Positions 53,227 to 61,600 of a stretch of DNA of 64,000 nucleotides are shown piece after piece. Below the pieces are notes generated by a model. It had not been told where the DNA came from and searched no databases. It was given only the letters and a program-made list of their open reading frames with translations. The stretch covers positions 164,349 to 228,348 of the IMG/VR virus record IMGVR_UViG_3300025869_002060; one strand, written 5' to 3'. A program made the translations under genes and the position numbers. The number at the start of each line of letters is the position of its first letter. Position 1 is the stretch's first letter.

Positions 53227-54756
53227 TTACTGATCAACGACAAACCAAAAATCTCCATCAACTCCAGTAGCACTATCTGGCGTTTCTGTGGAAACAAATT
53301 TCTTAGATCCATGCCATTTTTCATCATTGATAATTGCCTGCGTAACAAACTCTGTATTTGCAATCTGCTGATCGCTTTGGTTTGCTGTTGCAGTAGGCGT
53401 TAATGGTTGACCTGCAAGTTGAGGTGATGCAAGAGGTGCTTTTGGTGTGATTTGAGCTATTACCTCAGATCTTACTTCGTTGTCTCTATTTTGTGCCCAG
53501 TTTTGTATTTCTGCTATAACTTGAGCTTTGATTGCTTGAACATAAGCCGTTGTTGCTAACTTTTGACTGTTATCAGTTAGGTTTGGTGTTGCGGCTTGTG
53601 GTGTCCCAATGAACACTGGGGCATTCAATGGTGCTTTAGTATTCAATACTGTATTGATTGTTGATATATCTGCTGTATGACCTGATATAGTAGTTTCAGC
53701 TGAAATCAATCGAGTATTAATTCTACTAATAGTATTGTTTAATTCATCTTTAGCAGTGTTAATTGCTGTTGTATAATCTGCTGTAATATCACTTCTAACA
53801 CTTGTAACATATCCTCTATGAGCAACTCCTTGCTCAGTTGAAGGTTGTGTACCAGCAAAACTTGGACCCACTTGGATTTCTCCTGTGTTTCCTTGAATAG
53901 TCATTGCTCTAGTTCGTGTTCCATTAAAATTAATAAAGAATTCAAAATCAGCATTTAATTGTTCGTTATCAAAACTTATGCTTTTAATATTTTGATCAGT
54001 GTATATTCTACCGTGTGTAGTTCCACCAGATGCAATCTTTAATCCTTGAGATCCATTGATTGTTACATTGGCATTGATTGTGCTATCTTGATTCTTTCTA
54101 ACATATTCAGTTGCTAGTTGATTTCCCAATTTGGTTGAATCTTCGCTTATGCCGTGGAAATGAAAGTTTGGTGTTGATTTGTTAATATTAATTCCGTTTT
54201 TAATAGTATCAAATCCAACTAGTGCTGGTTGAGGAACAAATTCAGCATCTTGGTTAATAATTGCGGCAATAGTGCCGCCTGTAACTATTTTAAGAACAAC
54301 GTGTGGAATAGTATTGTTGTCAGGTACAATAAAAGGTATACATCCTGACTCGCCCCAGTTCTTTTCATAATCTGGACCAATAACTTTAAAGCCTGATCCG
54401 CTGTATACTTTTAATTGATCTTTACCTGTGTCCCACCAAAAATCACCAACTGCTGGGTTTGCTGGTGTTTCAAGTGATATACTTTCAGATGCCAATGGCT
54501 TCCAACCTGCAGATGATCCTTTAAATACATAAAGTATCTTGTGTGCGGTATTATACCAAACTTGCCCAGTAACTGGTCCAACTGGAGCACTAGGGGAAGC
54601 AAAGTTTTCAGCTAATTTGTATGTATTTTCGTTTAAGACTTTACCATAACCTGCAAAGTTACGCCCTGCAAGAATAACAGGTGCGTCATTAACTGTGGTA
54701 GTTGTACCATCAGCTAGTGTAGTAAATAAGTCTCCGTTACTCTTGTAAATATCCAT
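53227..54756 (-). CDS. Tail-fibre-like protein
   Basis: Same N-terminal module; coiled coil; two APL.SP...G.P..PT...Q.A.T.(F/Y)V fibre repeats. Confidence 0.75.
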   Translation of the reverse strand: MDIYKSNGDLFTTLADGTTTTVNDAPVILAGRNFAGYGKVLNENTYKLAENFASPSAPVGPVTGQVWYNTAHKILYVFKGSSAGWKPLASESISLETPANPAVGDFWWDTGKDQLKVYSGSGFKVIGPDYEKNWGESGCIPFIVPDNNTIPHVVLKIVTGGTIAAIINQDAEFVPQPALVGFDTIKNGININKSTPNFHFHGISEDSTKLGNQLATEYVRKNQDSTINANVTINGSQGLKIASGGTTHGRIYTDQNIKSISFDNEQLNADFEFFINFNGTRTRAMTIQGNTGEIQVGPSFAGTQPSTEQGVAHRGYVTSVRSDITADYTTAINTAKDELNNTISRINTRLISAETTISGHTADISTINTVLNTKAPLNAPVFIGTPQAATPNLTDNSQKLATTAYVQAIKAQVIAEIQNWAQNRDNEVRSEVIAQITPKAPLASPQLAGQPLTPTATANQSDQQIANTEFVTQAIINDEKWHGSKKFVSTETPDSATGVDGDFWFVVDQ

Positions 54757-54780
54757 TGATGCTCTCTATCTTTGTAGTAT

Positions 54781-54966
54781 TTATGTTATCTTATGAGACT
54801 TTGCTTGTGCAAGCCTAGGCATGCCTTCAAATAATTCAGGACCAAGAATTTTAATTAATGTAGTTGCATGTTCTTCGCGTACTGCTTCTCTGATATGTTC
54901 TTTTTCTACTTCTGATAGTGCATCATACCTACTTTTAACAGCTATTTTATATTCGTCGAATGTCAT
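54781..54966 (-). CDS. Small hypothetical protein
   Basis: GGAG RBS before MTFDEY; ATAAATA upstream at 55012-55018. Confidence 0.65.
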   Translation of the reverse strand: MTFDEYKIAVKSRYDALSEVEKEHIREAVREEHATTLIKILGPELFEGMPRLAQAKSHKIT

Positions 54967-55031
54967 TGATTGATCTCCTATGTGATTGTACACAGTTCTC
55001 TTAATATAAACTATTTATGGTCTTTTATTCA

Positions 55032-56147
55032 TCAAAAATCCATGCCGCTGAAGTCACCATCACCAGTGTTTGGATTGTTTGGTTCACGTACTGGCGGCGG
55101 TGGGGGTGGTGGGGGTGGATCAACATATTGAGCACTTGCAGGAGCATGGCCAAAAATACCATCGTTGGGTACAAAAGTTAAATCTGGTTCTTCACCGTAG
55201 TTGTTAACTATATTCCAAGATCCAGTGGCAAAATGATCGCCTTGTGTTTTTAAATAAGCTGATTGTATCTTTTTCCAATCTCCATTAATTTTTTGATGTG
55301 CAGTAACAATTTCTTGCCACTCACCTGATCTTTTGACGTGTCCAATCTTTCCAATTGTAAATTCTATTTCAGCATAACCGTTGGCACCAAGTTCGTAATT
55401 AGTAAGTCCACCTTGACCGTATCTAAATGTTCCATCATCAAATTTGACTGGTGTACGACCAATTCCAAGTTCAGCGAACCCTCCACCGGTGGCACTTAAT
55501 ATGTATCCGCCGGAACTTCCACCGCCTCCACCAGAGACATTATCTGCACCAAAGTGTCCGCCGCGTCCAGAGTTTGGGCCGCCACCACCGCCTCCGCCTC
55601 CGGCGCCATTGCCAATCATTTCCTGTCCTTGTTGACCGGGGCCAAATGCGTAATCACCAGGTGTTGTGGTTCCATGGCCGCCTGCGTGTCCAACACTTGC
55701 ACCTCCACCACCACCGCCGCCTCCTGCGGCGGCAAGAACTAGGTTATTAACTAATACTAAACTTGCACCTCCGCCGGCGCCACCTCTACCCATAGAATTA
55801 TTAGAGTTTTTGTGCCCGTGCCAGCCGCCAGCACCTCCAGATGTTTTAAAACCGTTTTCTTCGTATAAGGACTTACCACCTAGTGCTAAGTTACTTCCAG
55901 GATGGGAGCCAGATTGTCCGCCGCCTGCACCTACAGCAACTGTCATAGTTATATGTTTTTTTAGATAAAATAAATTGGTTCTTATATGAACTCCAGCCGC
56001 ACCACTTCCACCTGCTTGACCAGTACTATTGGCACCGGCCCCGCCGCCGCCTCCCCATAATCGTACTTTTGCATATGCTTCTATTCCTTCAGGAAGAGTA
56101 ATAGTGTAAACACCTGGATGCGGAAAAGTAATTAATTTTCTAGACAC
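55032..56147 (-). CDS. Glycine-rich putative tail/receptor-binding protein
   Basis: Many GGGGG tracts, WGGGGGAG motif, C-terminal poly-Pro. Confidence 0.7.
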   Translation of the reverse strand: MSRKLITFPHPGVYTITLPEGIEAYAKVRLWGGGGGAGANSTGQAGGSGAAGVHIRTNLFYLKKHITMTVAVGAGGGQSGSHPGSNLALGGKSLYEENGFKTSGGAGGWHGHKNSNNSMGRGGAGGGASLVLVNNLVLAAAGGGGGGGGASVGHAGGHGTTTPGDYAFGPGQQGQEMIGNGAGGGGGGGGPNSGRGGHFGADNVSGGGGGSSGGYILSATGGGFAELGIGRTPVKFDDGTFRYGQGGLTNYELGANGYAEIEFTIGKIGHVKRSGEWQEIVTAHQKINGDWKKIQSAYLKTQGDHFATGSWNIVNNYGEEPDLTFVPNDGIFGHAPASAQYVDPPPPPPPPPVREPNNPNTGDGDFSGMDF

Positions 56148-56161
56148 TTAGTTGATCCTAT

Positions 56162-57970
56162 TTACGAATTTAGTCGAACAATAGCTTCAATTGTTCCAAA
56201 GGCCTCATCATCTTTATTTTCTAAACTGCGACCAATAACATTCAAGTTTGTTATTTCTTCTTTAGTCGCTCCTTTTGCAATGCCATTGCCGGCACTTATA
56301 AGTCTTTGACCTTTTTTAACTTTGCCTACTACTTTAACAGGAACTCTTCCGCTAACAGCTACAGCCGGGTGTGTTCCGTTTGTACCTGCACCGGCATTCA
56401 TTAAATGTGCTGGTTTAGTACTAATAACTCCAAATACTTCTTCACTGGCTTCTTCAACTGCCGCTGTAATTTCATTTACACCGCCTAACGCAACCACTGT
56501 GCCTGCATCATATAAACCATCTGCATGAAAACGTTCTGCAACGTCAGCGTATTGTGCAGTAGTGGAAGTTCCGTTGAATGTGCCAGCATAGACTGTACTA
56601 AAAGTCTTAGATGACGATCCAAGATCCAGTGTACCATCAGCAATAGGAACTATGTTACCAGTTAGTGCGGCCGTTCCAGCTAGTGGAATAGACGTGTTTC
56701 CAGTTAAGTCTGCGTAAGCACCAGTTGTGGCTACCGTAGCAAAGGCTGGCTGATTGATTAAATCTCCATAATCTCCTGTGGTAGCCACAGTAGCGAAAGA
56801 TGGTTTTCCAGTAATTTCTGTCCATGCATTTGATCCTGCTGGTCCTTCAGGTCCAACTGGTCCTTCAACTCCTTGAACTCCTTGTGGTCCAGTTGCTCCC
56901 TGAGCTCCTGTGGCTCCTTGTGATCCAGTAAGTCCAGTTGGTCCTTGTGGTCCTGCCGGTCCTTGTGGTCCAGTTGCTCCTGTGGGTCCTGCAACTCCTT
57001 GACTACCTGTTGGTCCAGCATCTCCTTGAGAGCCAGTGGGTCCTGCTGGTCCTTGTGGTCCGGTTGGTCCTGCAATTCCTTGCGGTCCTGTGGGTCCAGT
57101 TGGTCCTTGAATACTACCAACATTCTCCCAAGCTGTTCCATTCCATACATATAAACTACCACTGATTAAATATCCATCTCCAAGTGTACCTAATGCGGGT
57201 AAATCAACCTCAGCCGCTACGCTTCCAAGAATAGTAATACTAGTACCATCAGTACCTTCAGCACCAGTTGCACCTTGTGGTCCAGTAGCACCTTGTATTC
57301 CTTGTTCGCCTTGTATTCCTTGAATACCTCTAAGTCCTTGTACACCAGCTGATCCTGCTGGGCCTGCAACTCCTTGTGGTCCTTGGTCTCCAGTAGAGCC
57401 TTGCGGTCCAGCTGGGCCTGTAGGTCCTTGTACTTCACCAACATTAGTCCAACGCTCAGTGTCCCAAATATGTAAGTCACCGTCAATTAAGTATGCATCG
57501 CCTGCAACTTGTCCTGATGTAGGTAGCTGGGCTACATTGGTTAGTGTTCCTTTAATAAAGACACTTGCTAATCTAGATAAATCAGTTGGACCAATTAATG
57601 TCCAACTTGTACCATTCCACATATAAAATTCGTTTTGATCAGTGTTGAACCATTGGTCGCCAATATTAGTATTTAAAGGCCTGCCTAATTCACCTGCCAC
57701 TGTCAAGTTACTAATTGGTTTAAAAACACTACCGTTGTAATATTTCAAAGAACCAGTTGCTGTATCATACCAAAGTTGCCCTGTCATTGCTTGACTAGGT
57801 CTTGTTGAATTTGCAAAGTTCTCTAACAACTTAATAAAGTTTTCTTGTTGGATTTCGCCATAGCCGATATAATTTCGACCAACCAGCGACAATCCTGTAC
57901 TATTATCCAATGCACCATCGGGTAAGTTAATTAATATATCACCATTGGTTCTGTTTATAACGTATGACAT
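56162..57970 (-). CDS. Collagen-repeat fibre protein with C-terminal chaperone-like domain
   Basis: Shared N-terminal module, two G-X-Y runs, two FATVATTG.Y.DL repeats, YADVAERF C-terminal domain. Confidence 0.8.
   Translation of the reverse strand: MSYVINRTNGDILINLPDGALDNSTGLSLVGRNYIGYGEIQQENFIKLLENFANSTRPSQAMTGQLWYDTATGSLKYYNGSVFKPISNLTVAGELGRPLNTNIGDQWFNTDQNEFYMWNGTSWTLIGPTDLSRLASVFIKGTLTNVAQLPTSGQVAGDAYLIDGDLHIWDTERWTNVGEVQGPTGPAGPQGSTGDQGPQGVAGPAGSAGVQGLRGIQGIQGEQGIQGATGPQGATGAEGTDGTSITILGSVAAEVDLPALGTLGDGYLISGSLYVWNGTAWENVGSIQGPTGPTGPQGIAGPTGPQGPAGPTGSQGDAGPTGSQGVAGPTGATGPQGPAGPQGPTGLTGSQGATGAQGATGPQGVQGVEGPVGPEGPAGSNAWTEITGKPSFATVATTGDYGDLINQPAFATVATTGAYADLTGNTSIPLAGTAALTGNIVPIADGTLDLGSSSKTFSTVYAGTFNGTSTTAQYADVAERFHADGLYDAGTVVALGGVNEITAAVEEASEEVFGVISTKPAHLMNAGAGTNGTHPAVAVSGRVPVKVVGKVKKGQRLISAGNGIAKGATKEEITNLNVIGRSLENKDDEAFGTIEAIVRLNS
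56833..57427 (-). repeat. Collagen-like G-X-Y repeats (two segments)
   Basis: Segments at about 57245-57427 and 56833-57106, rich in GPT/GPQ/GAT, separated by a 40-aa globular spacer. Confidence 0.9.
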
Positions 57971-57983
57971 TTTATTCTATTCC

Positions 57984-58637
57984 TCAACTAATACTACTTA
58001 GATTTGTTAATGTTTGAATTCTAACAGTATAATCGATTTGGATAAGTCTATTCAATGACTTTTGCACGGGGTGAAACACAACGTGAGTAAGTAGTTTGCC
58101 TGTTGTTGTTAATCCGCTTGTACCATCTGTACTCCTGGCTCTTAGACCTAATTCATCAAACACATAATCTCCGTTTAAATCTTGTACGTTATCAAATGCA
58201 CTTTGATCACTTGGTTCACCATAATCAAGTAAGCATGTTACTAATATATCTGTATATGGCTGACCTGGTGTGTGTCTAATTTCCATTTTATTCCTTGTTG
58301 CATCAAGGTTGTTACTGTCTGTATCGTCTACAATTTTACTGTATGTTGGATTGTATAAACTACTGTTCTGTGCATTGGTGTTTGCAGGGTTGTATGTAAT
58401 AACACCAGTAGCATTAACAGTTGTGCCACCATTTCCAAAATGCATTTCGTAAACGTAATTACTATTTTTATTTGCTAAATTGAACGCTAGTGCTTCACTT
58501 ATGTTTTCATAATGAATTGCATTACGTTTATTAACAAATACTTCACCAGAATCTGGATCGTGTATTTTGATATGCCCTTGAAGATGGAAACCACCTTGTT
58601 CGTCGGGCACTCTAGTTGTTTTTGTATCATTTTTCAT
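57984..58637 (-). CDS. Putative baseplate/tail structural protein
   Basis: GHIKI.D...V.K.NAIH, FGNGG, VFDELGL, KSLNRLIQIDY; start refined to MKNDTK because an ATAAATA motif lies at 58673-58679. Confidence 0.7.
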   Translation of the reverse strand: MKNDTKTTRVPDEQGGFHLQGHIKIHDPDSGEVFVNKRNAIHYENISEALAFNLANKNSNYVYEMHFGNGGTTVNATGVITYNPANTNAQNSSLYNPTYSKIVDDTDSNNLDATRNKMEIRHTPGQPYTDILVTCLLDYGEPSDQSAFDNVQDLNGDYVFDELGLRARSTDGTSGLTTTGKLLTHVVFHPVQKSLNRLIQIDYTVRIQTLTNLSSIS

Positions 58638-58678
58638 ATTATCAGTATCCTGCTCTACTGTTGTATTATCATTATTTA

Positions 58679-61600
58679 TCATGGGTTATAAGCCGTTGCT
58701 TTGGATAAGAAAGTGGCTTGCTCAGATGCACCTCCACCCGACGAAATACTAATACTGTAATCGAATGGTGCATCACCTGGATCACTGTCTGCATCGTTTG
58801 GACTATCTGGGAAACTTTGGTTGAATGCATAACCAAATCCTGGACCAATGTAGTCAAAATCGCCAACTTCAATAAATCCAAATTCATTCAAACCATTCAT
58901 CCAGTCTGTGTGATCTGAATTGTCTGGTAATGATTGTAAGTATCCTAGATCGTCTGCTCTAGTACCGACTGCGATAGTAGCCGGTACACTAGTTCCTAGT
59001 ACACCTCTGCGTATTCTACCAACGGTATTATTAACAGTATCTTTTTCATAGTAGTATATGATTTCTCCCTGACAATACAGTACTCCTGGTTTTCCAAGTC
59101 CTGGGTCTGGGTCTGGAATTTTACTAACATCTTGTAGATGTAGTGTAGTATCCGACCAATCAAAGGGTTGTGTTAATACTGTTGAACGTGCTTCTGCAAT
59201 TCTATAATACTTACGTGAAGTTTCTGGAGCAAATTTAACCGGACATGTTCCTGTATTACTTTCAACATTGACCTGTTGCCATATAATTGGCATACTTAAT
59301 GGTGTACTACCTAACGTTTCTGAAATCTGTGTTAATCCTAACCAAAAAGCTGGTTGGTTGGCTGGAGTTGATCCAGCTACTGCCCAATTAAAGCCATTCC
59401 AGTAATAATAGTTTGATTGATCTGTAACAAAATGTACATCACTTTCAAGTTGGTCAGTTGATGGCAATGAAGCTATATCAGCAACTTCTGTTTTGTAATT
59501 AAATCCACGTCGTGATTTATAAAGTGTTCCATTGTATACAATGCTATCACCTTTTCTATAGACAGACTTGGGTACCCAAGTGTCAGCACTTGCAACTAGC
59601 CATGCATTGTCAGTATCTTTCCAGTAATAGTGTGTTGATTCTGCTGTTACGTAGTACAGATCAAAATCTATATTTGATGCTGACACCGGTAAGTCTGCTG
59701 TTTGTGCTACTGTGCCTTTATGATCTATTTTATGCCTGGTTACATATGTATGTCCATTATAGGTAGCGTATGCCGTTTTGTCATAATCAGCATCACTATT
59801 CCATGCAACCGGAGGCTTCCAAACAAATCTCCAACGTGCATTAGTATCTGGTGTTAATGTAAGTTTATTTTTAACATCTGCAATAGCAACATAATAAATT
59901 CCGTTGTATTTTACATAATCGCCTTTGTTGTATGTTATAGACGAAGTCCAATCGGTTGGACATAACTCTTGACTTCCAGTTAAATCATGCACAACTCTAT
60001 ATCCTAGTGGAGGTCCACTAACTATTGCACCTGTGTTATCTGTTACTCTTGTAAACACACTTAAAATTAATGTATCAAAATTAATTCCTGGAACTAATTC
60101 TTCTGGGGCATGCGAGCTATACTTGTCAACAAATGCTCCACCGTCAATGCTGATATCTTCAGCACGAGTACCCAAAGCAGTATCAAGATACGTACTTTGA
60201 ATGTATGAGTCAATAAAGTCTCCTGCAACATTTTCATCACTAAATTTTAACCCTGTGACTATTACACCTGGGTAGTTGATACCAATGATCAAGTTTGTAA
60301 GTAAATCTTCACCAGCTACTCCATCTTCATTGACATAGTACGCAACAATTCTATCAAGTGCGTTTCCATATTCATGACTTAGTTGTGTAAAAAATCTAAA
60401 ATCAAATATTGTACTTGCTGGTACATCTTGCGTGGCTTGGTAAATTTCGTTTTGGTAATAAACATAATCACCAGACACAACATCTAATGTAGATGTCCAT
60501 TTAACCAAGTTACTTCTATATGTTGTTCTATCAAATTTAATTGTAGTGTTTAGTCCTCTAACTTTGTTATTAACCATAACAGGATATGCTTTGCCACCTG
60601 TTCCGTTACCGTTAATGTTAATGATTGGACTAGAATTAAATGTGTATGTTCCACTGAATGTAATACTTGTAACTTTTCCTGTTGATGGATTAATCTTAGC
60701 AATTGGTTTAACACTAGACAATGCTCCAGTTACACCATCGTTAACTGTAACAACCGGAGGAACTGTATAGCCTTCTCCACCTTGTGCAACTTGAATACTT
60801 TCAAGTGTCAATGCTTTATTTGATACCCAATCCTGGTATTGTGTTTGCTCAAGTAATGTATTATCATTGATACCTTCTCCTGACGGACTACGGAAAGCAT
60901 CAATAGTTTCCTCGTAGTATGAAGGTAAATCAAAGTCTGACACGTTGCCAAAGAAAGTATCGTTACCAGCATAACTAATTAAATATTCACGTATCTTACT
61001 TCTATACGGTTTAACCTCATTGATATAATCAATGTAATAATTTTGATTGTCTTTAACATAACTTGGATACTGAGTTAATTCACGTAACTGATGGAAAACA
61101 GTTATGAAACTGGTTTTAAATATCCAGTCAGTATTTCTTTGTGTGTAAAGAATATAGTAAACCAATGTAAAGAATAACTTGTTAAACTCTTCACGTAGTT
61201 CACCAATGTAGATATCAAATCTAAGTGCATTAAAGATATTGCGTATTTCAACACTAGGATTAATATCAAATCTTTCACTGTCAAAGTTTTCAGTAGCAAA
61301 TCCTAATGTATACTTTGAACTATCATAAAGTTTATCTGTTATTTGAACTGTTCCGTTACCAAGACCAATTAATGTTAGATTATTAACGTCGTTGTAATTT
61401 ATAGTCCTGTATAGTGTAAATGTCCCAATTTGGTTGTATCTAACTTTAATAACACTTCCTGCTGGAACTAGACTTAGTTTTTTAACATCTGCTTCGTAAT
61501 CAACAGTATAGTCTGGCCTATTTGTTACTGACCAACCTTCAGCGTACCAATCAACATAATCCCAAAAGAAATTTGTATCATATGATTGTACTCTAGTTAA

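Noticed and set aside
56833-57427. Repetitive DNA resembling a tandem array or CRISPR
   Set aside because: Fully explained by G-X-Y collagen codons; no fixed-length repeat-spacer structure or cas genes anywhere in the window
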